Of a DNA stretch of 64,000 nucleotides, positions 8,403 to 18,344 are shown piece after piece. The stretch's first letter is position 1. Each line of letters begins with the position of its first letter. The stretch spans positions 2,528,001-2,592,000 of the forward strand of contig CP147778.1 in NCBI GenBank assembly GCA_037305845.1, read 5' to 3'. Position numbers and translations under genes: made by a program. The notes under the pieces were generated by a model, which saw only the letters and a list, made by a program, of their open reading frames with translations, ran no database searches and was not told the DNA's origin. Origin of the DNA: Candidatus Freyarchaeum deiterrae. Lineage in GTDB: Archaea > Asgardarchaeota > Jordiarchaeia > Jordiarchaeales > Jordiarchaeaceae.

Positions 8403-9946
8403 TCGTGGACATAGCCACCTTCATGACCAAAGGCTTACCGGTCAAACCCGCCGCGGAATTCGTCAGCCCCTCAGTGGAATACGATTTTAAGCTGGGCAAG
8501 GTGCTTGAAACTGAGGTGTACAAGGAAGACGTAGACGTAGGACTAAAAATCGAACACCTAACGCGAGGAATCATGGTCGCTGGAGGAAGCCACAAGGAAC
8601 GCACCGCCACAAACCTAAGCATCATTTTCGAAGCTTCCAAATTTGCCTGGAACTATCTAATAGTGGACACCAAGAAAGAGTTCCGAAAACTGGTGAACAT
8701 GAACCCCGAAACAAGAGTGTACACCAGCAAAAGCATCTGCATAAACCCACTGGACCCCGAAGGCTCAAACGTTTCCGAGTACATTTCCCTGTTACTCAGA
8801 CTATTTCAGGTACTATGGGACCTCACCAACAGACAGAGTATCGGTCTGAACGAAGCCCTGAGAAGCATATACGAGAAACAGGACGGAGACGAAGCCCCCA
8901 CACTCGAGGACCTGAGAAATGCCCTACTTAATCAGAGCTCATCGAAGCTGCGGACACCCCAGGAGAGAGGCGAAACAGAGGAACTGATACGCGGCGTAAC
9001 GGGTCTGGTTCTCTCCGAAGAATCCCCCACAATAAACGGGCGCTCCACAGCACCCTTCGGAGAACTCACGACTAATCCCACAGTTATAGAAATTTCCAAA
9101 AAGGATCAGCTTTTCTCAAGCTTCTTCAAAGGACTAATGATAATCAAAGCCCTAGCCACGGAAAAAGGCAGATACTCCATATTTCTGGACGACGCAGAGG
9201 AGGTTTTCAAAAACGTAAGGTTCGGCTGGAAAACACAGCAAGTCTACTTCATGGAATCTCTAACCGCCTGGGTGGAAAGCCTCAAAGAAATGAAAGTGGG
9301 ATTACACATTTCAACAAGTCTACCACGATTAATATACGACCCCATCACCCCATCGATAGAAACACGAATATTCCATAAACTCGTTTCAAGCGATGACATA
9401 GAGGTAGGAGGAGATCTCATGGGACTGGATGAAAACGCCCCCGGAATACACTCCCTCAAGAGAGAACGACTCTACCAGAAAACCTACTTCAAATACCTGA
9501 AAGAGGGAGAAGCCATGTTCCACAGACCAGACCTACCCACAGGATTCCCCATAATCCTACAATACCCCGCAGGAGCAACCTCAAAGGCACCATCAGACCA
9601 AGAGATAAAAACCAGGATGGAAGAGCTCTACCCTCCACAGAACGTAAACCCGATGGAGAGTTTACCGTCCACGATACTCGAGAGAGACTTGAAAAACGAA
9701 ACTGAGAACGCCACAAAAATACTTAGTCTGCTCCACGAATACCCCCAACTATCACTAACAAATATTATACAGAGCCTAAAAACAGAAGTCGACTCGGAGA
9801 AGCTAAACTATCTAGTAGAGAAGCTCAAGGATCAGGAATACTTGAAGGAAACTCTGGAAATCTGGAAATCAAGAACCAAAAGAGTATACTCCCTTACGCT
9901 GAAGGGAGAACAGGCGCTAAAAGAATACACGGAATCCAAACGGTAA
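8384..9946 (+). CDS. HerA/VirB4/FtsK-like P-loop domain (degenerate Walker A) with C-terminal winged helix; probably made as an ~805-aa fusion with 7530-8375
   Basis: HLTRGIMVAGGSHKERT (P-loop position, no GKT), LIVDTKKEF, INPLDP, PTLEDL, IFLDDAE; C-terminal YSLTLKGEQAL winged helix. Confidence 0.8.
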   Translation: MESSPTFVDIATFMTKGLPVKPAAEFVSPSVEYDFKLGKVLETEVYKEDVDVGLKIEHLTRGIMVAGGSHKERTATNLSIIFEASKFAWNYLIVDTKKEFRKLVNMNPETRVYTSKSICINPLDPEGSNVSEYISLLLRLFQVLWDLTNRQSIGLNEALRSIYEKQDGDEAPTLEDLRNALLNQSSSKLRTPQERGETEELIRGVTGLVLSEESPTINGRSTAPFGELTTNPTVIEISKKDQLFSSFFKGLMIIKALATEKGRYSIFLDDAEEVFKNVRFGWKTQQVYFMESLTAWVESLKEMKVGLHISTSLPRLIYDPITPSIETRIFHKLVSSDDIEVGGDLMGLDENAPGIHSLKRERLYQKTYFKYLKEGEAMFHRPDLPTGFPIILQYPAGATSKAPSDQEIKTRMEELYPPQNVNPMESLPSTILERDLKNETENATKILSLLHEYPQLSLTNIIQSLKTEVDSEKLNYLVEKLKDQEYLKETLEIWKSRTKRVYSLTLKGEQALKEYTESKR

Positions 9947-9951
9947 AAAAC

Positions 9952-9984
9952 AAGCGAACTTCTTTCCCGCTTCTTTCTTTTTTA
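9952..9984 (+). terminator. Hairpin plus T-tract terminator
   Basis: AAGCG...CGCTT followed by CTTTCTTTTTT just after the stop at 9946. Confidence 0.45.
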
Positions 9985-10249
9985 TGAATTCTAAATAAAA
10001 ATTAAGGAAATGAGAGGCAATGGAAAAATGAGTGAATCGCGAGAAAATAAACTTGGCGAGGCGAAGAGTTGGATTGGTAAGGGTGATACCCTATAGTTAT
10101 TCAACATAACTTCATAGAGGCACATACAACTATTAATGAAATTCCTTGTGAAAAAGCTAGAGTTAAATTATCATTAGGAGAAAATAGATGGCTAGATTTG
10201 ATTAGAATATCTGCAACTTGATATCTAATTTTCTTTGCGACAAATTCCT

Positions 10250-10765
10250 TCATTTCTGTTCATCTCCTTCCGGTGTTTCAAGTTTTAATTTCTCATGGCT
10301 ATTCCTCAATTCAAGTAAATGCTGGTATTGCCAATCTCGTTCTTTGGCTACAGCAGCATCAGCATCAGAGGAGTTGGTGGCTCTATGAATAGCCTGTAAG
10401 GCATAAATTGCAGCACCAACAGAGTGAGCGGGAACATGTGCAGTTGCCACCGCTTGACCTGCGGCACGGGCAGCAGAACGAGCGGCATTATCCTCTCCTA
10501 CCTCGCGAGCAGCAGCATGAGCATCAAGTGAAGCTTTGCGTATTTCTGCCATCTTAAATATCCCTGTTCTTATCCATTTTTGGAGTGCTTCAATAGCTTT
10601 TCTAGGGCGATTATCTTGTGGGTATCTTTTCTCAAAATAGGGCAGGGCACGCTCAGCACAATCAATTGCCCAAATGGCTAATGCTTTTTTGTCAGTTTTT
10701 TTCACAAGCTCAACAATTCTCTCGTCTTTGTAGCGTGTAAGTGAAAATTTGGATTTTTCCTTCAT
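10250..10765 (-). CDS. Imm5-like putative immunity protein
   Basis: LAIWAIDCAERALPYFE..PQDNRPRKAIEA..AARSAARAAGQAVATAHV..AKERDWQ matches the family signature as recalled. Confidence 0.8.
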   Translation of the reverse strand: MKEKSKFSLTRYKDERIVELVKKTDKKALAIWAIDCAERALPYFEKRYPQDNRPRKAIEALQKWIRTGIFKMAEIRKASLDAHAAAREVGEDNAARSAARAAGQAVATAHVPAHSVGAAIYALQAIHRATNSSDADAAVAKERDWQYQHLLELRNSHEKLKLETPEGDEQK

Positions 10766-10839
10766 ATTCTCACCCCTTTATAGGTAACTTTTTTACTTTT
10801 TCTTAATCCTCTCTCCCACTCATAACGATTCGTAATTAC

Positions 10840-11100
10840 TTGGGTTTTATCCTTGACGTTTCGTTTAGGAGGGAAGAAGCTTTAGAATGCTACGATAAGG
10901 CGTTGGAGCTGAAACCGGAAGATGATAGTATCTGGGTAATGAAAGGCTGGACTCTAGAAAATACAGGCCGAGGCAAGGCGAGTTTAAAGTGCATTGATAC
11001 GGCGTTGCAGATCAACCCGGATAACGTGAATGCTTTGAATAATAAGGGTGCGATTATGTATGATTTGCACCGATATGAGAAGGCTTTAGAATGCTATACA
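10840..11100 (+). pseudogene. TPR-repeat gene fragment
   Basis: EEALECYDKALELKP / ALNNKG TPR motifs that run into the antisense strand of the HEAT gene; a possible 5' fragment (MSESRENKLGEAKSWIGKGDTL*) lies at 10028-10096. Confidence 0.65.
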
Positions 11101-11390
11101 CGATTTCCTATTTTTTTCAGAGCCCAAATTGCCATCTCTCGAACATTTGAATCCTTATCTTTCGATGCCTCGGTGAGCGGTTCCACTGCTTCTAAGTCTC
11201 CCAGTTCCCCAAGGGCCCCAGCCGCTCCCCTTCTCACATATTTGTTTTCATCCTTTAGTGCCTGAATGAGCCGTTCTACTATAAACTCCCAGTCCTTCTC
11301 GTATTTCGAAGATTTCACCGATGTTTCAATATTCTTCTGTTCTTTCTTTTTCTCAACTTCCTCTGGGGAGAGTTCAACTCGCATACCCAC
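11094..11390 (-). CDS. Short HEAT/PBS-lyase repeat protein
   Basis: [25 protein letters not shown]. Confidence 0.75.
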   Translation of the reverse strand: MGMRVELSPEEVEKKKEQKNIETSVKSSKYEKDWEFIVERLIQALKDENKYVRRGAAGALGELGDLEAVEPLTEASKDKDSNVREMAIWALKKIGNRV

Positions 11391-11434
11391 GCCTCCTCAA
11401 GCATTCTGCTCCCCTGTTTTTATTCTCCACTTCA

Positions 11435-11698
11435 TTAAATTTTTAACGAAAAGGCCAATGCCATGGCTGTAGCACCCCAAATATTTTTGTCTCCCATTAA
11501 AGAGGTTAGGATTTCACCGCTGTCTGCCCAAAAGATAGTTCCACAGTCATAACAAAGAGCGAGCGTTCTTCCCTTAGCATTCCAGCCTCTCAGCCTCTCG
11601 GTGTTTTTACACTTTGGGCAGGCTATTTTTTCCCCGCAGCACTCGCAAATAATTGGGTGTGTTTTATACTCCTCTACCATTTTTTCATACGCCTCCAA
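11435..11698 (-). CDS. Small zinc-ribbon protein
   Basis: CECC, CPKC and CYDC motifs; downstream of the 6-TM gene. Confidence 0.7.
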   Translation of the reverse strand: MEAYEKMVEEYKTHPIICECCGEKIACPKCKNTERLRGWNAKGRTLALCYDCGTIFWADSGEILTSLMGDKNIWGATAMALAFSLKI

Positions 11699-11725
11699 AC
11701 ATAACTAGTTGATTATTACACCATT

Positions 11726-12646
11726 CTAGAAATCCTCATCCTCCATTTCTTCCTCAGCATCGTCATCCCACTGACTCTCCGGAAAGAGTTTTTCATAATT
11801 TTTCTTCGTTCTTCTTTTCTCGGATTCCGGGAGTTGTCTCGGCTTACTCTCCTCCCTATTTCGGTTTCCACTATTGGGATTGGAATTGTGTTCCTTTCTG
11901 CTTCTTCCTCTGTAGGCTTTCTCCACCTTTGTTAGTCCTGGATTTCCCTCCGCCTTCGAGAGATGCGTTAACCCGGGTGGATTTTCATCAGGATCGTCTG
12001 GATAATCGGGATTAAGATTTGGATTTTGGTTATTGATTATGCCTTGTGTGTTCAGGTATGCTTCGTCTGATTGGTGTCTTGTCTTAAACATCCAGTATAA
12101 CTTTTTAGCTAGTGCGATGCTGATTATTGATGGGATTAAAACCAGTGCCAGTAGTCCAAGAGGGAAAGGTTGCATGATCAGCTGTGGGACCAGATACGTG
12201 TTCTCTGTATAGAGGAAAATTGCAATAATCGTGGTGATTGAGGCTGTGGATACTGGTGCTAGTCTTAAGAGCCATTTTATCTTCCTTTGGGCTAGTAAAA
12301 CTACGGTTGCTGATATCATTGTGGAAGAAAACAGGCTTACCAACTCCTTTTGCATCATGTATACTCCCGCCCAGTCGGGAAGAGCAGAGTAAAACACTAG
12401 GTAGAGGAATGGGAAAAGAATTAAACCAGAAGCGAACCTCCAGTGGTTTATGAAAAATTTAATGGTTGACCATACGAACCAGAATGTTAAGCGTACCTGA
12501 TCTCTTATAATCAAATACACTAGGGTAAGTTTCCCCTTCACGGCGAGGAAACCTAAGCATAAGACATTGATTACAATAATTATTATTACTATGGTCAAAA
12601 CGCTGCTAAGCATGGATGAGAGATTAGAAAAGAAGCTTTCAAACAT
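11726..12646 (-). CDS. Polytopic membrane protein (about 6 TM) with charged C-terminal tail
   Basis: Hydrophobic first ~185 aa, disordered charged tail; GGAGTGA SD. Confidence 0.8.
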   Translation of the reverse strand: MFESFFSNLSSMLSSVLTIVIIIIVINVLCLGFLAVKGKLTLVYLIIRDQVRLTFWFVWSTIKFFINHWRFASGLILFPFLYLVFYSALPDWAGVYMMQKELVSLFSSTMISATVVLLAQRKIKWLLRLAPVSTASITTIIAIFLYTENTYLVPQLIMQPFPLGLLALVLIPSIISIALAKKLYWMFKTRHQSDEAYLNTQGIINNQNPNLNPDYPDDPDENPPGLTHLSKAEGNPGLTKVEKAYRGRSRKEHNSNPNSGNRNREESKPRQLPESEKRRTKKNYEKLFPESQWDDDAEEEMEDEDF

Positions 12647-12744
12647 CTTATATCACTCCCATTCTTAGTTCTTGAATCAGAATATTTATCGAAATTATAA
12701 TTGTGATTAAAAAAAAAGGAAAATTGAGTTTGGGGATTGTTGCT

Positions 12745-15039
12745 TTAATTCTCTCCATCGTCCCACCCTTCCTCGTTTCCTCCTGTGCCAGATCCGTCGA
12801 GCATCCGATTATTAAGAAATTCGCTTCTGTTTTTCCTAAGCCGCGTGAACAATACTACGCTACCCAGCAATCCGAATCCGGTAACTGCCAGAACGCTAGG
12901 CAGAGTGAAGCCAGAGATGTTAGGGTCTAACAGAGAAAGCCCCGCCAATACGTTTAGTGAAGCACCCCCACCTCCTGAAGATGAAGATGTTACTCTGATT
13001 GAACTGCTTGTGGTAGCGATGGTGTAAGACTGGTTGAAGAACATCAGTATATTGTAATCTCCGGTGTATTGCGGCGTCCATTGGGTTTGGAAACAAGTCA
13101 GGTTACTGATAGTGTACATCCCTGAGAATACGGCGTTATTGTCGAGATCCGTTACCAGAAGAGTTACTGGGTCGTTAAGGTTAGGTGTGAAGCCGAGTGA
13201 ACTGAATTTCGCATTAATCTGGAGACTTCCTCCCAGTGTAATCTGTCCATTATTGGCATTGGTTTCAAGACCTGCTACAAGTTGAGAAGCTGAGAATTCC
13301 AAACCCGTGGTTACAGGGTCTAAGGTTGAGTTACCGGGGAACGTGAAGAATACGCTGTGAATTCCTCTAGTGCTTGGAGCCCACCCCAGAGAGAAAAGGC
13401 TGTCAATTCCCGTGTATATGGAGCAATTCACCATACGACCATCAGGACAGTAAATGGTTACATTTATACCAATGCTGCCCCCAAGAGGCTGTGAATTCAG
13501 AGTTAGGTTTCCCTCAAAGTTCAGGGTGTCCCCCACAGTTATACCGGAATTTGTACCGACAAGATTTACCGATAGCGCTGGTTTGCCTCTGACTGTTACC
13601 TGGGCGGCGGTCCAGTTCTTTGGCTGGCCGTCGTAATTCTTAATCCAGGCTACGATTTCGTATATTCCGATTCCCACGGGAACCCAGTTGTATGCAGCAT
13701 AACCCGAACTGTTGCTGACCTCGGAGTCCAAGAGTGTGTATAAATCAGGGTTGTTAGTGAAAGTTGCTCCTGGATAGGTTATCCGGTTTATTATGCTCAA
13801 GTAGACGACTAATCCTGGAGCGGGGTTACCCCCTGCTGTTACGCAGGCGTTTAGCAGTACCACGCCTCCGCTGAGGTATATGGTGCTGGGTGTGGCGTTG
13901 AATGCTGTTATCTTGTAATCGGTGGGTTGTACGGTGAACGATTCAAGGAAGAATAGTGTCCCATCCGTCACATTTATGGTGTAGCTGGGGCTGGGGATTG
14001 AAGGTATTTGAAATGAGGTGTAAACCGGTCCGCTGCTGCTTGTGACTACTTGGTCGGTGTGCACCGTGGTTTGGTTCCAGTCGATAACCTTCACATTGAG
14101 GTTTACTCCTCCGTAAAAGGTTAGATTTAGATTGTTTCTCGCGGCTATGCTTATGTTAGCTACTTCTGAGGCGTTGTATGAGTAATAATCTGGTTCTATT
14201 TGAATGCTGTAGGGGTTTTTATTCTTAAGCCAGTAGAGTATGTTCATCAGGGTTTGCAGGCAACTATATCCATTGGGGTCTTGGCTAATGGTTGTTATGT
14301 TTTGTAACGCCCAGTGTACCAAGTAGGGGTTTACCGAATAACTACTATAGATGCTCAAGAAGTACTCATTGAATTCTTCCCAGTCCATTGCCAGCGGAAT
14401 CAATTGTGTGGAGTTGGTTAGGGTTAGATTGTCATTGGATAGGGGTAGCTCGAAGTATCTTTGGGATACCTGCCCGTAGAGTTCCTGGGTGGTATAATTC
14501 ACTCGGTTGGGGTACTGGAATACTATGTGGTAGTGGGTGTCCCAGTTGTTGGGGCCGTATGTAATCTCAAGCCAGTGAATCGATGTGACTTTAGTGATTT
14601 TTAGAGGGGTTATCTGGGCTCCGAGATTGTTAAGAAACTCGTACCCGCCATCGCCCACAGCTAGTACTGGTTTACCGATTCCTGCTATGGTTTGAGATTC
14701 AGTCTGGTTCAGTCCTTTACAGGAAGTGTCCAAAATGAGAATATCAAAAGCACTGGCAATGGAAGAATTACTGACCAAGTTTTCTAAATAGACCTGTGTT
14801 AAGGTAAAGCCCTCTGCTTGGAGAGTGTTGTTCCAATCGTTGAAATAGTTGTTGCTACCGTTGGTGATAAAGAGGATGCTCGGCTGATTGGATTTAGAAT
14901 ATGCTGGGTTGTTATTGTTAACTCCTAGGGAAACATAGTTGAGAACAGTTGTTTGCGGTGATGCTGTTGTTAGTAAAGTAAGTTCAGTTAACGATAGTAG
15001 CGTTAAAATTAGAGCTATTATGAGTAATTTTTTCTTCAG
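12745..15039 (-). CDS. Large surface glycoprotein with Ig-like beta domains and C-terminal TM anchor; non-canonical start (CTG at 15039)
   Basis: The frame is open 87 codons upstream of the listed TTG (14778) and encodes the signal peptide KKKLLIIALILTLLSL. A GGAGAGG SD lies 8 nt before the CTG. The GIGKP..G..G.E.LN.LGAQ.T domain is shared with 4308-6974. Confidence 0.8.
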   Translation of the reverse strand: MKKKLLIIALILTLLSLTELTLLTTASPQTTVLNYVSLGVNNNNPAYSKSNQPSILFITNGSNNYFNDWNNTLQAEGFTLTQVYLENLVSNSSIASAFDILILDTSCKGLNQTESQTIAGIGKPVLAVGDGGYEFLNNLGAQITPLKITKVTSIHWLEITYGPNNWDTHYHIVFQYPNRVNYTTQELYGQVSQRYFELPLSNDNLTLTNSTQLIPLAMDWEEFNEYFLSIYSSYSVNPYLVHWALQNITTISQDPNGYSCLQTLMNILYWLKNKNPYSIQIEPDYYSYNASEVANISIAARNNLNLTFYGGVNLNVKVIDWNQTTVHTDQVVTSSSGPVYTSFQIPSIPSPSYTINVTDGTLFFLESFTVQPTDYKITAFNATPSTIYLSGGVVLLNACVTAGGNPAPGLVVYLSIINRITYPGATFTNNPDLYTLLDSEVSNSSGYAAYNWVPVGIGIYEIVAWIKNYDGQPKNWTAAQVTVRGKPALSVNLVGTNSGITVGDTLNFEGNLTLNSQPLGGSIGINVTIYCPDGRMVNCSIYTGIDSLFSLGWAPSTRGIHSVFFTFPGNSTLDPVTTGLEFSASQLVAGLETNANNGQITLGGSLQINAKFSSLGFTPNLNDPVTLLVTDLDNNAVFSGMYTISNLTCFQTQWTPQYTGDYNILMFFNQSYTIATTSSSIRVTSSSSGGGGASLNVLAGLSLLDPNISGFTLPSVLAVTGFGLLGSVVLFTRLRKNRSEFLNNRMLDGSGTGGNEEGWDDGEN

Positions 15040-15285
15040 GGTTATTTCCTCTCCTTTATTTTTCAGCTTTGAATTTTAAAAAGTGAAGAGTGGAGTATAT
15101 AAATAAATTCAAAGCCGTTTTTCGGGCTTTTTCGGGGAGTTAAAAGTATTTCTTTTATATTTAAAGAATTATTACCTGTTTAAATTTGAATTAAGTTGAT
15201 ATTTATTCTTAATTTTTCTTATTAGGAACTTTCAGCCCTTCTAAACATACTATTTTCAGCTTCCCAAAAAATGGTTTGCAAAAAA

Positions 15286-15314
15286 TATGTAATTTTTACA
15301 CCAAAAACTACATA
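15286..15314. promoter_or_regulatory. Inverted-repeat operator, copy 3 (TATGTAA-N15-CTACATA)
   Basis: Same motif, spacing and flank as the copies at 2450 and 2554; upstream of the 15039-11435 operon. Confidence 0.65.
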
Positions 15315-15502
15315 GTTTTACAAATTTCAGTTTCCGAGGAATAATTTCACAATACAATGTGGCCAATGAAAATTCAGTAACCAGTAAAGAAGATTATATA
15401 ATTGAATCAAAAAAACCCAAATGAGATTAAAATAATAAAAAATAAGCGTCTTGTTGAGTGTACGAATTAACTTTCTCTTGCCTAATACTTTATCTTTCAG
15501 GA

Positions 15503-16852
15503 TCACGAAGCTGCTTCTAGTTCCTTCTTAACCTGCCCTATGACTTTCTCAGTTTCACCCTTCTCTGTCAGCATCCTAGTCTTCTTCTCTTTGAGGACAT
15601 CTCTAGCCTTTTTTATACGCTGAGAGAGTTTTTTCCTCATCTCAGGCGTCATTTCTGGAACTTTCTCCTCAGCGATTGGAATTTCCTCTTCCTTTTCTCG
15701 CTGAATCTTCACTATGCGTATTTTGGGTATTTCGTCAGCTTTGCCTACTAGTTTCAGAAATGTCTGCTCCCACATTTTGCTCCAGGGAGTTTCATTAGGC
15801 TTCGTGTAGTGGACATCCTTTCGGGCAATCTCTATGATTTTCTCCGGACATGCTTTTTCACAAGCTCCGCAGAAACCGCAGAAGTCCTGATTAAAAGCTA
15901 TTTTATCAAACTTCTCTTTTTCCTCGAGAGTTTCGGGAATAAACCAAACCTTGGAGGGACAAATATTCAGACACGCTTTACAACCCACTGGATCGCACTT
16001 CTCCGGGTGGTGCAGCCGGATCTCCCCCTCGAAAGCCTTAGTTACACTTATTGCTTCTTTTGGGCACACCATTTTGCACAAGCCACACGTTAAGCATTTT
16101 TCTCGGTCTATTTTAATGTCTCCAGACCACTCTAACTCCTTAATTTCTCTTTTAACATCCGTTTTGCAATTAACTCTTATAGCATCATAGGGGCAAATCT
16201 TTTCACACAACCCGCAGTAGTCACACTCGTCTTCAACCACTCGGATGTTGCCTCCCGGCTTCGGATTATTGGGGGTCACGTCTCTCCAGCCAATCTCTAT
16301 GGCGTTGCACAGTCTCGCGCAGAGTCCGCAGTACGTACACTTGTCCTTATCAATGGTGATTTCTCCCTCTATTTTCGCGGGCTTCTCCCCTTCGTAGATA
16401 ACCAAGTCCTCCTTCTTGGGAATTTTAAGTTCAGCGTTAATAGACCTATTGGGACAGCATTTTTCACATATTAGACATGGCACACATTTTTCTTTGTCTA
16501 CATTGATGTCCTTAACGAACTGAGGGTAATCAGCACTATCCTCTATGTACTTATCGCCCATTTTCAGCTTCATAGCCTTGGTCAAACAAACCGCGGAGCA
16601 TAAACCACAGTAGCTACACTTGTTCTGGTCAACCACTACCTTAGGTGCTTCCACCTCATGCATCGCGATCTCCGGTATCGGTCCCATCTCTATGGCGTCA
16701 CAGGGGCAGACCAGTTTGCATAACCCGCAGCCGGAGCATCTTGTGGCGTCGTAGTCGAGTGTTTTCTTCAGCTTTTCGGTGTTCCATCTGAAGATCATTC
16801 TGTCGTCTTCAACTTCCATTGTGATTTCCAATTCTACCTGTTCGGTCAACAT
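15503..16852 (-). CDS. Polyferredoxin (FwdF/MvhB-like)
   Basis: About eight CxxCxxCxxxC(P)-type motifs in 449 aa. Confidence 0.9.
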   Translation of the reverse strand: MLTEQVELEITMEVEDDRMIFRWNTEKLKKTLDYDATRCSGCGLCKLVCPCDAIEMGPIPEIAMHEVEAPKVVVDQNKCSYCGLCSAVCLTKAMKLKMGDKYIEDSADYPQFVKDINVDKEKCVPCLICEKCCPNRSINAELKIPKKEDLVIYEGEKPAKIEGEITIDKDKCTYCGLCARLCNAIEIGWRDVTPNNPKPGGNIRVVEDECDYCGLCEKICPYDAIRVNCKTDVKREIKELEWSGDIKIDREKCLTCGLCKMVCPKEAISVTKAFEGEIRLHHPEKCDPVGCKACLNICPSKVWFIPETLEEKEKFDKIAFNQDFCGFCGACEKACPEKIIEIARKDVHYTKPNETPWSKMWEQTFLKLVGKADEIPKIRIVKIQREKEEEIPIAEEKVPEMTPEMRKKLSQRIKKARDVLKEKKTRMLTEKGETEKVIGQVKKELEAAS

Positions 16853-17016
16853 TTATCCTTCCTTTTCTAGTTTTTTATGGAAGTTCTCCGTTTTTGGTTG
16901 TGGACCTTTTGTGTGACTTGTTTTCTTTGGGTTTTGTGTCGGGTGGGTTTTTACGTGTTGATGGTTTGCTCTTTGGTTAAATGCTTCCTTGCTCGCTTGT
17001 TCTTATTGCTCTTTTA

Positions 17017-17071
17017 TTCTAGGGCACGGTGTTTCCTCTCATTTATAAGTCTTCCACATAAATCATCCGCC
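17017..17071 (-). promoter_or_regulatory. Polyferredoxin promoter, near-identical to the hdrA promoter
   Basis: GGCGGATGATTTatGTGGAAgacTTATAAATGAG..ACCGT..TAGAA; matches 22872-22926. Confidence 0.75.
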
Positions 17072-17317
17072 TCTCTTATCGACTTGTATTTACAGAGGAT
17101 TAGCAAGAAATGCCCCTATCATCCCTCAAGATGCTTTTTAAATGGTTTTTTTCTAGTTGAAACCGTTAAGAATTTAAGACAAAAAATATTTTAAATACAT
17201 TATATAATAGGATTAGAAACGACTGTTTAGCGTGCTAATTTGGGATAATATAATAACTCAGTTGGGATATAACTTATACGCTATTGGTTACATTAATTGT
17301 TTTGGGGCGTATGATAA

Positions 17318-18211
17318 ATGGGAAAACTTGAACCGGATGCGGGAAAGATATTAAAAATGATGGAGAAGAAAGATGTTAAGGGGCTGATAGGTGCCTTAAT
17401 ACAGGCCTCCAAGCCTGAATGCACGAGGCTGTGTGGCAGAAAAATGGCGGAGTCTATAACAGAGGAATTCGTCAGAATAGGGAAACCAGCAGTTGGCCCA
17501 CTCATTAAAACTCTATACTCTGCCCACTTTGAAGCTCGAGAATATATAGCTGAGGCTCTTGCAAAGATAGGAGAACCTGCTGTGGACCCCCTTATCTGGG
17601 AGCTGAGGACTAAAAATAGAAACGTTCGGGAGTACGCAGCAAAAATCCTTGGGCGGTTAGGCGATAAGAGGGCGGTAGAACCACTAATAAAAGCACTTGA
17701 AGATGATTCTAGCTGGATTCGAGATAAAGCAGCATGGTCTCTGGGAGAGTTGGGTGATAAGAAAGCAGTAAAACCACTAATACAATCACTGACCGAATAT
17801 CCCGATATGCGAAATGCAACAATAGAGGCTCTGGGAAAGCTTAGTGATAAGAGGGCGGTAAAACCACTAATAAACGCACTGGATGACGAATACCCACAAG
17901 TTCGAAGAAGCGCAGCATGGGCACTCGGAAAGATAGGGGATGAGAGAGCAGTAGAACCCCTCTTTCGAGTCATAAGCGATGGCAAATCTTATCTGACAAA
18001 CACCCAATCCATGGGAGAAGAAAATGTTAAACAACAACAAATGCTAGGCCAACAAGTGGATACCGTACTAACCGCAGCAGAAGCTCTTGGCACAATGGGT
18101 AAACTCGAATTAAAACCCCTCATACAGGCATTAGGCGAAGATGATCCTTCAGCTCGCGAAGCCGCGGAATGGACCTTAGCGCAGGTCAAGGAGAGAACGC
18201 GAGAAAAGTAA
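17318..18211 (+). CDS. HEAT/PBS-lyase repeat protein
   Basis: Repeated AVxPLIxALxD...VRxxAAxALGxxGD. Confidence 0.9.
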   Translation: MGKLEPDAGKILKMMEKKDVKGLIGALIQASKPECTRLCGRKMAESITEEFVRIGKPAVGPLIKTLYSAHFEAREYIAEALAKIGEPAVDPLIWELRTKNRNVREYAAKILGRLGDKRAVEPLIKALEDDSSWIRDKAAWSLGELGDKKAVKPLIQSLTEYPDMRNATIEALGKLSDKRAVKPLINALDDEYPQVRRSAAWALGKIGDERAVEPLFRVISDGKSYLTNTQSMGEENVKQQQMLGQQVDTVLTAAEALGTMGKLELKPLIQALGEDDPSAREAAEWTLAQVKERTREK

Positions 18212-18344
18212 TGAACAGCCAAAAGCATATAAAACGACTCAGTAAGATCTTTAAATCTTTTACTTCCCCACCTTAGATAGTGTCAACTTAAGATTAATTT
18301 GAAGGGATTTCCCTACTCTCAGTTATTATTCGACCAATTTTTGA

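Noticed and set aside
30-15039. Provirus or conjugative element
   Set aside because: No integrase, att repeats, capsid, terminase, relaxase or replication gene is recognisable in the window, though the left boundary is not visible.
17238-17290. Xer/dif site (TTGGGATATAA)
   Set aside because: Only one arm resembles dif; no matching second arm after a 6-bp spacer.
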